64,000 nt of DNA from Eledone cirrhosa (Eukaryota). Position numbers and translations under genes: made by a program. Of the stretch, positions 28,576-40,681 are shown piece by piece. The notes below the pieces were generated by a model, which made no database searches, was not told where the DNA came from, and saw only the letters and a program-made list of their open reading frames with translations. Positions within the stretch are counted from its first letter, which is position 1. The number at the start of each line of letters is the position of its first letter. The stretch is from positions 333,436,001 to 333,500,000 of the forward strand of contig OZ024741.1 of NCBI GenBank assembly GCA_964016885.1, given 5' to 3'.

Positions 28576-29158
28576 CTAGCAGTAGTACCCGGCGTTGTAT
28601 GGGATAAGGTATTGTGAAATATATAACCGCCTTAGCTAAGCTTAGTATTGCCACAACCATGGCTGACAAAGAAGTAAGGGTCTGGTGGTATGTAAGTAAG
28701 CAACACTGTGGCTTAAAACATGAGGAAGAAGTTGTGTGCACTTACCAACTGTTTGGGGATGAGTGTGAGATTTGTCTTGAGCAAGGGTGGCAGAATAACC
28801 GGAGGCAGCAGACAGCCAGACATACGGACAGATATTATAAGGGCACGTTCTGGACGCAGAGCGAATTGTAGGAAGTGACGTAATGCAGACAGCCAGACAT
28901 ACAGACAGATATTATAAGGGCGCGACGTTATATGTATGTATCTATCTAAAAAGAGAAAGACTAAGAATTATAGAGAAAGATCGCATAATGTGGTCCCTAG
29001 AGCATTGAAAATTTGAAATTTTTTGGGCTCATAACACTCCCTGAAACATAAGTATTACATGTGTAAAGTTTGAAAACAATCGGTTGGGTGGTTCTCTAGT
29101 TTTAGAGATTCAAACTCACACGCACACAGACAGACATCCCCAGTTTTATATATATAGA
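28576..29158 (-). mobile_element. Non-autonomous Helitron
   Basis: On the minus strand it begins A|TCTATATATAT and ends ...CCGGGTACTACTGCTAG|T, giving 5'-TC, CTAG-3' and an AT target, with a degenerate subterminal hairpin. Internal (GACA)n-like tract and a 40-bp internal duplication. Confidence 0.75.
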
Positions 29159-29984
29159 TTGTGATAATGATAATACAAAGGCAATATATTTTGGTAAGAT
29201 CAAAACGAAGGTGTTAAGATACTCAAATAACTATAAACAAAATTAATTTGAATATCGAGTTGCAAGAGTATTAGAATTTGTAGGAAAATGGGAAAACTGC
29301 ACAAGGAAGCTGTTAAAACAGCAAAATACCATGAAAGCAGCATTGGGTAAAATTTTTAGAAAGGATATAAATCAGTGGCTAGAAGTGAGTTGGCTCAAAG
29401 ATAATTGTTTCTACATTTGGCTAAAGGCCAGCAATTTGAAGGGAAAAGAAAGTCGATTAAATCAATCCCAGTACATAACTGGTGATTTATTTCATTGACA
29501 CCGTAAGGATGAAAGGCAAAGTTAAACCCAGCAGGATCTGAACTCAGAACATAAGGGTTATAAAACATGGTGAGAATGATATCATATCTCATAAGATATA
29601 TTGTATTTGAATTAGTTGATAAAAATTGGGAGTTATCAATTACTACTAAGATGGTATTTATATTATGACTTAACGTAAAATTATGTTAGGCAATTATAAT
29701 CCAAATAAGATTATTATATGGTATATCTTCTTCTTTTTCTTCATCATCATCATCAACATCATCCTGAGAGGATTGTGGAGGAAGAGTCTTCAAACACTCC
29801 TTCCAGCAGGTCCTGTCAGAAGCAGCTGTCTCCAAAATATGAACTAAAAGAAAATAACTCAAATGATCTAGCTAATACATGAATTTGGATAGCACTGCCT
29901 TACACGGTCCATTCTGAGAAGTTAAATAAAAAGTCAGAGTCAATTGTTAGCAGCTCTGTATTAGAAGTGGAGATCTTTTTCTTC

Positions 29985-30300
29985 ACCCACTTATTCCTAG
30001 GAGGGTCATGGGAGAAGTGTCATTAAACACTCCTTCCAACAGGTCCTATCAGAAGCAACTGTCTCCAATTGATCTCCAAGCAAGACCATCCAAGCTCATG
30101 GGTATAATCCAACCATCTTGATCAGGGTCTACCACTAGGTCTCCTGCCGGTTGGTTTTGCTCGTATAGTCTGTCCAGCAATTCTTTCCTGGGACATTCTA
30201 CCACATGCTCATAGTATTGGAGCTGTGATATTTCAATTCAGAGAAGTAGTGGCTCTATTTGGAGTGACTCTCTGATCTCCAAGCTATGCACTCCAAGCTA
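29985..30300 (-). mobile_element. Degraded RTE-like 3' fragment (second family)
   Basis: Related copies at 29765-29832, 52040-52390 and 54300-54470. The minus strand reads as an RTE C-terminus (GRP...W). Confidence 0.65.
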
Positions 30301-30375
30301 TGCACCAAAAAATATGATCGGAAATACAAGCACCGAAATGGGGTTCCTTCGAAGGGTCTTTAGGGTATATATATA

Positions 30376-30637
30376 AAGTCTGTCTTGAGCCTGGAGGCTA
30401 ATCATGCTGATGTTTATCCTGGTTTCCATGGCATTAAGTGACTGAGTGTTCAGGACTCCCCACTGGCAGGATGCCAGGTCATTGCTGTGTTAAACCTCCA
30501 GCTATTGCTGGTATTCATTTTTAGCTGAGCGTATTGAAGCAATGTGAAATGAAATCTTTTACTCAAGAACACAACACAACCCAGTCCACGAATTGAATCC
30601 ACGATGTTACGATTGTAAGTCCAACACCTTCCACTAT
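30376..30637 (-). mobile_element. tRNA-headed SINE (family A)
   Basis: Paralog of 10620-10884. Confidence 0.7.
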
Positions 30638-30694
30638 ATATAAATAAGTGTGTGTATGTGTTGTATATGCATTAGGGGTTATTAATTATCATTG

Positions 30695-31012
30695 TGGATT
30701 GGCAGTATCAGTAGAGGGTCGGACGCCATGCTTTCTAGCATAGTTACGTCCCTTTACGATCTGAGTTCAAATCCCGCCGAGGTTGACTTTGCCTTTCATC
30801 CTTACGGGGTCGATAAAATAAAGTACCAGTAATACACTGGGGTAATTGCTGGCCTTGTGCCTAAAATAGAAACAATTAATTATCATTATTCTGAGTTCAA
30901 ATCCCGCCGAGGTTAGCTTTGCTTTTAATCCTTACGGGGTCGATAAAATAAAGCACCAGTAATGCACTGGGATAATTGCTGGCCTTGCGCCAAATGTAGA
31001 AACAATTATTAT
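30695..31012 (+). mobile_element. Tandem pair of SINE family B
   Basis: One full copy followed by a 5'-truncated copy starting at ctgagttcaaatccc. Confidence 0.85.
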
Positions 31013-31610
31013 TAAGAGGATATTTGTAATGTAACTTAACATATAAAATTATGTTTGACAATTAAAATTTAAATAGGTACCTTTGAAAATGGGTGAGTTT
31101 TGTTACATAGTACCAGAGTTAATTTTGGGGTTTGTTTGTATTAAAAAGGTTGAGAATTGATTTCAAACCAGTTAAGATTGGTTTGTTTTGTAAAATTGAC
31201 ATCAGAAAAAGAAGAAGCAGATTGTAGGATAGATTTTACAGCTAAATGAAGAAGAGTTAGTCTGTTTGGCTCTGAATGTATTGTGGATGTCTCAGAGAAG
31301 CTATCTATGTGTGAAAGCTTATTATTTCTATGAAGAAATCAAGAAGAGAAGAAGATAAGATGGTTACTAGGGAACATAATCAGAGGTGTATGGAGCCAAG
31401 GATATTTCTGCCAGTTTCACTTATCACCTATAATATGGCACTAAAATGTTATCGTTATGATATAAATGTCATTTGAGAAACATATTACAAAATATACAAT
31501 TTTCTCTCACTAACACAACTACTTGGACTTTCAGCTTTTCTTTCTCATCTCTTCTTCCTCTCATTGGTTTCTTTTCCTGAGTTTTCTTTCATATATAATA
31601 TTATGTACTG

Positions 31611-31647
<37 letters not shown>

Positions 31648-31676
31648 GATCAAAAGATGGTTAAAGGAGTTCCATA

Positions 31677-31747
31677 TATTTTATTATGCGCATTTCAAAA
31701 ACAAACATCATCATGCAATAATATTTGTGTTTTCATCAGATAAAATA
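31677..31747 (-). ncRNA. Type I hammerhead
   Basis: UAUUUUAU-CUGAUGA-AAAcaCAAAUAUUA...UGAUGUUUGuuUUU-GAAA-UGCGCA-UA|AUAAAAUA. 8-bp stem I and palindromic stem III. Confidence 0.85.
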
Positions 31748-34418
31748 GGAGAACATGATATGAAGGCTAAAAAACACTTGTGGATAGTGCAGTTTTAAAT
31801 CAACATATGAAAAGTGGTTTTAGATTGATGTGTGATATTGGGAAAAATATTTTATTTAGAGAGGGGGAGGAAAGGATGAAAAGGGAAGGAGATGAGAGGG
31901 AGAGATGGGTGATAGAGAGAAAGAGATAGTTTTTATAACTGAGAGGAGATATATTTTTTACATATAGAGGTTGAAAACCGTTGGAAGATACTGTATAAAT
32001 TAAAAATTTTGAAAATTAACGAAGGGAGGATATGTGCGAGGAAAAAATATTTTATTTAGGGAGGGGGGGGGGGGAAGGATGAATCCCTACATGTCATCAC
32101 AATGCTGTCCACTGACAGGCTACCGATTCAAACATTTATGTTATGGCAGGAGATGAAATTCAAATAGTTCCGCTCCTGCCATAAGCACTCAGCCAATGTA
32201 TCTCAAACACAAATTAACAAGCAAGTTAAAAATGGGTTATTAGAAAAATTCAGTCTCCAATCTCTTAACAATAGAATGTTAGTATTCGGCTTCAGTCTCC
32301 AAGTCCCAATATGAGAAATAGTGCAACAGTAACAATGGTAGTGCTTAAAACCTTTCTGGACATTAAATGTCAGCCGGCGATTAGATGGTGATATAGAGTT
32401 AACGCGTTGGTTAGAGTTCGAATTCTAGATATTTCGACCAGCCACGTGCATAAACCGTTCAATTCATAACTTGTATGATTCAATATATATATACACACTA
32501 TATATATACACACTCATACACACACAATGATCATCATCGTCATTTAACATCTATTTTCTATGTTTTTCCATGGGTTAGATGGGTTGTCACATTACAAGAC
32601 ATGTCAGGTCAGGTGACCATGTCTTGCTCATGCACATCTGTTTTCCGTTTGGTTTCTATGGCTTGATACATTTTCTAATGCCAACCACATTAGAGTGGTC
32701 CCAGAATGACCATCTAGCAAGGTGGACAGGCTGCTTTTTTGCATATTACAAGTATTACTACCTTCAGAGTTGACTGGGCCTTTTGTTGTTGAGGCCACAT
32801 CACTAAGACCATGCAGAATGGACAAGATGTTAATTTGATGTGACAGCAGCAGCATGGTGGAAGAACAGGTGAGGAGCATGTGCTGCTCTCCATGGTTGTA
32901 TGTATGGGGTAAACAGGAGGAGTGTGTACCAGGGGTGTGAAAGGTGTTGGGGAGACTAGTATGTAGGAGGCAGATGAAGGAGGTGTCTGAGGGAGGTTTA
33001 AGCTGGGATACATAAGTGGTGAAAGGTAGCATGGGTAAGTATTAAGATGGGGGAAAATGTATGAGGTTGGTAGATTGATGTAGACAAGTGTCTTCTACAT
33101 ATTTGCTTAATCCTATTCACCTAGGAAGACAGGTCTTCTGCACTACAGCATAATGCCAGAGATCTGGGTAGTAAATGCTGAGGATAAGTGGAGGCTGGAG
33201 AAAAATGAAGTGAGCATACTCCATTGGATGTGTAATGTTAGTGTGCATGGATGATGGAGCATGAATGAATAGAAAGGAAAGCTGGGTATAAGAGGATTGA
33301 TATGTAATCAGCAAGAGAGAAGATTGTGGTGGTATCAATATGTAATGCATATGAATGATGAAGGATAGATGAAAAGTGCCATGAGATGCTAGTGGAAAGA
33401 AGATGTGGTAGAGAAAGACCAAGAAAAATCTAGGCATGTGTAGTTAGAGCTGACCTCAAAATGCTGAACCACACAGTGGAGATGATGGAGGAGGGATCTG
33501 TATTGGTTTGTTAGGACTTGGACAACCCATATACAGGCATGAAACAATGGACAAAATAACACTACTGTTGCTGCTGCTACTACTTCTGCTACTACTGCTG
33601 CTGCTGATACCATACATACACATACATGGACATACATAAACATACATACACATACATATGCACAAACATACAAACATACATACACATATATATGCACAAG
33701 CATTCATACATACATACACACATGTACTTAAATACATACTGATAAACACATACGTAGACTTATATAACTAAGGTGTCACCTGATGTAACCATAACTGAAA
33801 TGAGAAAATGAAAATTCTTCATCTTCATATGGTGCCATTAAAAAATGTTGCTAGACATTTTCAACACCTCACTTAATTGAAATATAATATTCTACACCTA
33901 TTAGCTGTGTTAACATAGTTTTTGTAGTTCTAGTTTGTGTTTCTTACATTATATACAATTGTAAAACTTTAGGTGTCATATAACAAAAGATTTTGTAGAT
34001 ATGTCTTATATATATATATATCATCATCATTTTTACATCCATTTTTCTTTTCACGCTTGCATGGGTTCAATGGGTTGTTTTCAAGACAGCATCTCTCCAC
34101 TCACTGTGTTCCTTCATCATCGCCTCTGTGAGTGTCAATGATTTGAGATCAGCTCTCACCACTTCTATGGATCCTTACTGTGATTGAAAAAGGTTTATAT
34201 CTCTTCCCCTAAATTTCCCCTGGGCATCTTCCTCATACAAAGTCTTCCCTTAATGTTATTCTACCTGTTATCCCATTATATCTCTTATGTACCCAGGATT
34301 TACATTGTGTACATCATATATTTATATATATGTAAAAGGTAAACAGAAATAAGAACACAATCGGAACAGTATATGGAAGGGATATATTAGGTTAACGCTT
34401 GATATAGCAGGAAGAGGG

Positions 34419-34454
34419 TCTTAACGTTTCGGACGCTAGTCCTTCATCAGAAGA
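34419..34454 (-). ncRNA. Minimal type I hammerhead with loopless palindromic stem III (dimer type)
   Basis: UCUU-CUGAUGA-A-GGAC(UAGC)GUCC-GAAA-CG-UU|AAGA. Decayed family members at 7280-7307 (+) and 9611-9640 (-), with homologous flanks. Confidence 0.82.
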
Positions 34455-34690
34455 AAGAATGAGAAATAAGATAGATTGAGGGGACGGGTGGGATGGAATT
34501 GGAAAAAATGTCTTTACAGGTCCATTCATGTTGACACCTCTTACCTGGCAATGAACGGAAAATAGAGAAGATAATACGTCAGCAATGAGAACAATATTTG
34601 CTCTAGGGTTCTTATATATTTGATATATATTTATCCTTATCGAGCCTCATGAAATAAATACGTTTGTTTATATTTTGTTATTGTGTATGC

Positions 34691-34722
<32 letters not shown>

Positions 34723-34733
34723 TATATATATAT

Positions 34734-34778
<45 letters not shown>

Positions 34779-34831
34779 TACATATATATATATATATACA
34801 GATACATATATATACATATATATATGCATAT

Positions 34832-36090
34832 ATCATCATCATCATGATCTTCGTTTAACGTCCGTTTTCCACGCTAGCATGGGTTAGACGGGAGTTGTCC
34901 CACTTGAGGCAAGGCTGGTCAGGTGACCGTGTCTCACTCATATAGGACTATCTGGCAGGTTTTCTGCGACTGGATGCCCTTCCTAACACCAACCACATTT
35001 ACAGTGTGGAACTGGGAACTTTTTACCGTGTTACCTACACGGCCACATTACAGCGTGGACTGTGTCGTGACACCTACACGAACTCGATCTCATTTTCTCG
35101 TGCTGTTGGTGGGAGTGGGAGGATAGGGTAGGGGTAGTAGATTGGGGTGTATATTTGGTTAAGAGGTGCCTACTGACTGTAGGTTTTGCTTTGTACATAA
35201 GCAAGACAGGTCTTCTGTATTACTGCATAGCACCAAAGGCCTGGGTCCAGAGACATTGTCTTAGAGAGATGTAAGTGTGGGAGGTCAGAATTTATCAGAT
35301 CATCCCAGGTTTTTCTGGGTCTACCTACTCCGTAACTACCATCAATTTTGATTGCCCTGCACTTTTTTATGCAGCTGTCGTCTTTCGTGCACATCACGTG
35401 ACCATACCAACGTAGTCTTCTCTCAAGTAAGCAGCATCTGATCCCTCTTATTCCTAATTTCTCACTTAGTTCATTTATGCTTTGCCATTCACGTATATTA
35501 CGATTACACATCCAACAGAGCATGCATGCTTCATTCCTTTCCAGTCTACGCAGGTCCTCTGCACGCAATGCCCATGTCTCACTGCCATGTAGCATTGTTG
35601 TTCGTATACAGGTATCATACAATCTGCCTTTCATTTTTAGAGAGAAACTTTTTATGGCCAACAGCGGTATAAGCTCTCTGAACTTTTTCCATCCCGTTCT
35701 GACTCTGGCTACTGTACTTTCAGAACACCCTCCACCACTGCTGATTTCGTCACCCAGGTAACGGAAAGTGTCTACTATTTATATAGAACCATCTGGGCAA
35801 TGGAAGGAGCTAGTATCCTGTGGGCGCTTGCTACTTATTGCACCTGAGCATTGGCCACATATAAAGTCTACGTTCTTAGATAGTTTACCTGTGATCCCAC
35901 TACATCTTTTATGTACCCATACTTTGCATTTGGGACAAAAAATGGAATTTCTGCCTACTCCTTTCCTACACACTGAGCAAGGCCATTTCCCTGAGGGCAG
36001 CTGTGCCCTATTTTCCTTCCTACAAACTAGAACTTTAGTCTTAGACAAGTTTACTTAAAGGCCTTTTGATTCTAGGCCATGCTTCCATGT
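34832..36090 (-). mobile_element. RTE-clade LINE, longest copy in the window
   Basis: ORFs 35779-36048 (SKTKVL...WPCSVCRKGVGRNSIFCPKCKVWVHKRCSGI, Cys-rich insert) and 35170-35661 (LHGSETW...RLRWYGHV...GRPRKTW). (CAT)n tail. Confidence 0.92.
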
Positions 36091-36114
36091 TTATATATAC
36101 ATATATACATATAT

Positions 36115-36149
<35 letters not shown>

Positions 36150-36321
36150 ATTATAATAATAATACTATTTATAGTTATGTATATAGTATAAACAACTATA
36201 AACAGGAAGGTCAGTAGTTTCCTATTGACTCCAAATAAGAGTTTGGAAGAAACGATTGTCAGCTATTAAATGATTTGAACACAACTTTGGTAATTGTATA
36301 ATTTATTTATTTATATATAAT

Positions 36322-36740
36322 GTAAAGTTATGTTGGTGCCACAAAATCCAGGCCGAAACAAATGAGATCGTGTAGGTGTCACGACAAAAAAAACACACAG
36401 TTCACACTGTAATGTGACCGTGTAGGCAACACGGTAAAAACGTCCCAGTCCCACACTGTAAATGTGGTTGGTGTTAGGAAGGGCATCCAGCTGTAGAAAA
36501 CCTGCCAGACAGTGCACGCTGTAATGTGGCCGTGTAGGCAACATGGTAAAAACCTCCCAGCCCCACACTGTAAATGTGGTTGGTGTTAGGAAGGGCATCC
36601 AACTGTAGAAAACCCGCCAGACAGTCCTATGCGAGCAAGACAACCACTCTTGCCTCAAGTGGGAAAACTCCCGTCCAAACCCATGCAAGCATGGAACATG
36701 GACGTTAAACGATGATGATGATGATGATGATGATGATGAT
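36322..36740 (+). mobile_element. RTE 3'-UTR fragment with an internal ~115-bp duplication
   Basis: Matches 12892-13174. The block ctgtaatgtg...ctgtagaaaacc..ccagacagt occurs twice. (GAT)n tail. Confidence 0.85.
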
Positions 36741-38024
36741 AATTATATACAGAAATGACTTGTACAGGACTTCAACTATCTCATTCATATGGAAGTCATT
36801 TCTATATTGAAATAAATATGTCTATACTCTACTAACATATCGATTACCTTTTTAACTGTGGTCACCTCCCAATATACAATGAGAATCCATCTATTATATA
36901 TATACATATATATATTATCATTGCTGCTGCTACCACTACATTACCAAGGAAGAGTGAGAGAGAGAGGGGGCAAGAGAGAGGGCGAGAGAGGGAGAGAGAG
37001 AGAGAGAGAAACGAAAATGTGAACTTCCTATATGTAAACTATGGAAATATTTACATGTTGTTTAATATTCTCTTCTAATTAATATCCATATAACTTTGTT
37101 ATATATTTTTTCAAGTATGAGGAAGTCAAAATTTTTATCGACTGAAATCAGTACTACCCTTTAAAAAACGGTTTTCTGATTTTCCATGATAAAATTCTAT
37201 TAGCATTTTCTGCTGTTTCTTATTTTCTTAATATATATATTTACTTTTTTTTTCACCTGGGAGTGAAAGCTCCAGTTGTCACAACACCTTTCTAGGAGAG
37301 GGAAACTCTGAAAAAAAACCTATGGCTTCGGAATCATCCGAAGGTGTTGACCAGTTCTCCTTTTCGGGTAGTGTTTTTGATGCTCAGAGAGTGGGATTGG
37401 GCGAGTGCAAGGCCTTTCCCCACTTAAAAAACATTCAAAGCACAGGCAGTGCTTGCTCATGATATGTTACAGGTTTGTGTGACTGGCCATAGCCTAAAAG
37501 TGCTCCAAACTCTATAATCCTCCAAGCAATTGCAGTACACTTAGCAGAGTTTGCAGCCATCATATATATATATATATATTTATAATTATTAATAATAATA
37601 AATTTCAAGACTAAAATCCAAAGAGGACTCGATAAGGATAAATATATATCAAATATATAAGAACCGTAGAGCAACTATTTATTAAAATAACAGAATAAAG
37701 TTTAAGCAAAGAATCGCTGCTTTCACCCGTTAAGGGTGAAAGCAGCGATTCTTTGCTTAAACTTTAATCTGTTATTTTAATAAATATATATATTTATATA
37801 TATTTTCCGAAGAAGACCGTCTGATTGAACCTATATATGAAGTCTGATAGTATACATTTATATAACTGTTATAGATCAGTCAATATGATCAATACTCAAA
37901 AACAATCGTAAAACAATGATATGAATAGGTAAGATAACTTGACTTGTTATTATTTTCACTGTTAAATTAATATCTAATATATAGATATATATTCAAACTA
38001 TTTCTTATTTTCTCTCTCTTGCAG

Positions 38025-38173
38025 ATTCACCAGATGCAGTTAATAATCTGTTCTTCAATTTAGCTGCTTCAAATGGAAAGTACATTATTGAGTAACCAAT
38101 ACACAGAGAATGAGAATTAAGTCTTGAGCTCTATGCAACTCTACATGGAAACAAACAGTTATATACCTTTGAG
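38025..38173 (+). other. Probable non-coding 5'-UTR exon of the protocadherin
   Basis: Strong acceptor tttcttattttctctctcttgcag| at 38024 and donor GAG|gtaagg at 38173/38174. Stops in all three frames. An upstream donor AG|gtaaga at 37928/37929 would define a 96-nt intron. Confidence 0.5.
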
Positions 38174-38509
38174 GTAAGGTAAACAAAGATAACTTTATTG
38201 TTGATTTGTCGTGAAATTAATTTCTGAGCTCCAATAACTATCAATACATGGCTATGAGTCATATGTGTTACACACAAAAAATATCTCCAAACACTTCATC
38301 CTGTCAGCCAGGACCAGGAGGAGGACTGACTCTTAAGTTTCATTTATGGTTATGGCATGTAGATTACTGCCATAAGCATGGTTAGTAAGAAAGTGAAAAC
38401 ATTTAATTGTAGATGACTAGCATAAATAAAGAGAATACCTTGACAGTGGTTTAAGATATTCAGAATGTATGAAATGAATTAAGGATACCATGTCATGGGT
38501 GTGCTCCTA

Positions 38510-39150
38510 TACTAGGACCATATCTGCCCTACCTGCCTAGTCTTCTTCCACAGATCTCAACTAAACTATGCCATGGACCTGCTCCCAAACCAGGACTAGG
38601 CCAGGACCATATCTGTCATTTTCCTCTACATACCTCAACCAAGCCATGCAACATGTCTGCCATATCTGCCATGTCTCCCAGATCTTCCTCCACAGACCTC
38701 AACCAATCCATATCAAGGACATGCTCCCACACCAGTACCATGTCTGCCAGATCTTCCTCCACAGACCTCAACCAAGTCATGTCATGGACCAGCTCACTGA
38801 TCAAGACCATATCTGCCAGGTCTTCATGAACAGACCCCAACCAACCCATGTCATAGACCTGCTCCCAGAACAAATCTGCTATATCTATCATATCTGCCAG
38901 ATCTTCTTCAACAGACCTTAACGAAGCCATGTTGAGGGCCTGCTACCACACCAGGACTATATCTGCCACGTCTTCCTCCACAGACCTCAACCAGATATTG
39001 ATAGACAGGTCTACTTTGCCTCCTTTGCCCTTTTTCTGGCTTCCATTTGAAGGAGGCCTCCACTGGTCTTTTTGTGGCCATACACAGCACATGGCCAAGG
39101 TCCATAGTATCTCATTGATAACTCAGTTGAGTCATGCAAAGAGACTCAAC
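38510..39150 (-). repeat. Tandemly amplified RTE C-terminal segment (~60-75-bp units)
   Basis: LGHVLCM...WKPEKGQRRQSRP followed by several copies of WLRSVEEDLADM(VLVWE). Confidence 0.7.
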
Positions 39151-40681
39151 TGAGTTATCCTCATTTGTGATGTGGTCACACCAAGAAATTCTAAATATCA
39201 TCCTAAGACAATACTTAGTAATATTTAATTTAACCCTTTCATGACAATAATTCTATTTACTGCTAATAGAGGATGCTAGTGCTCATGACCCTTTTCAGGA
39301 CAGCTTAGACATATGAGATATAGGGTAGCCTCAAATAAAAAACTAAAAAATAAAATAAATCTACAGCTCACACATATGCAAGTTTAGTTGGCTTTCTATG
39401 TGGCTGAATCTCAAAGGAGGTATCTTTAATATAGGGACCCTAGCCCACACCTATGTAGGTATATCTGGCCTCATATGAGGTTGCACCTCATAAGAGATTA
39501 CTCAAGATTTTAATGATAAGGATTCCAGTTTCCAGTTGTATCATGAAAAGCAATGTGAAATGAAGTGTCTTGCTCAAGAACAGAATGTGCTGCATGGTCA
39601 ATGAATTAAAATAATAACCTTATGATCATGACTCAAATACCCTAAATACTTCAATCATCGAAACTGATCTTTGTTCCAGATGTTTACAGCAGAGAGAACT
39701 CCACTAATAATACCTAACGGACAGGTGGTGGTTATAAACCAGGTGATATTAAATATATCATCTATTTCTCACTGAAATACACACCCCTATGGGTTTTTTA
39801 TTTATTTTTGAAAAATAATCTACAATTTGATGGTCATGGCTGGAATGGCAATAATCATGTATTTGCTAAACCAAGGTCGACTTCTGGCTAAATTACAAAA
39901 ACAACAACTGTTGCTGTTTTCTCATAGATCATATTTACTAAATATTATGCACTCAATATCATTTTTTATGCCATTGCCAATGATGAGGATGTTGATGTTG
40001 GTCATGTGATGGTGGTAGTATTGGTAATGTTGGCTGTTTCTTGTTGTTTTGCTGTTTATCCATGCAACAATATATTAGTTCTTATATCTTTTTCTCATGT
40101 GACAAGAGAAAACGAATATAGTGCTTTGGTGCCTCATTTCTTTTATTTCGTAACTGAGTATATGGATATATATATATATACACACATGTATGTGTGTTTG
40201 CTTACATATGTATGAGTGCATGTATATGTATATATAATGTATACATACATCTAATCCTTTTCTCTCTATATATCTATATGTATATATGTATATATATATG
40301 CACATAGACACATATACCCAAGTATGTATTAATTATTCTTTGCCAAACTATATAAATATGCCAAGCCACTATTTTGGAATAAGAATCAATAGAGTATAAC
40401 TTAAAGACATTTTATGATAAACAAATACAAATACGATTTCTTTTTCCTTCTGTTCAAAACATTAAAAGCTGCTCTCATACATCAATTTTACTTAGAATAA
40501 TGAATACCATTTTCCTGCGGACACGAATTCTATTATCTTTAATCTGGCTTTAAAACTTCAGAATAACTCGAAATTATTTCCTTTGAAGTATTTTCATGTA
40601 CTGAATAAAAACTATGTTTTGTTATTTTTTATATATATTTTTTTTTATTTTCAGGATATTCCTTTATAACAGAGAGGAAAT

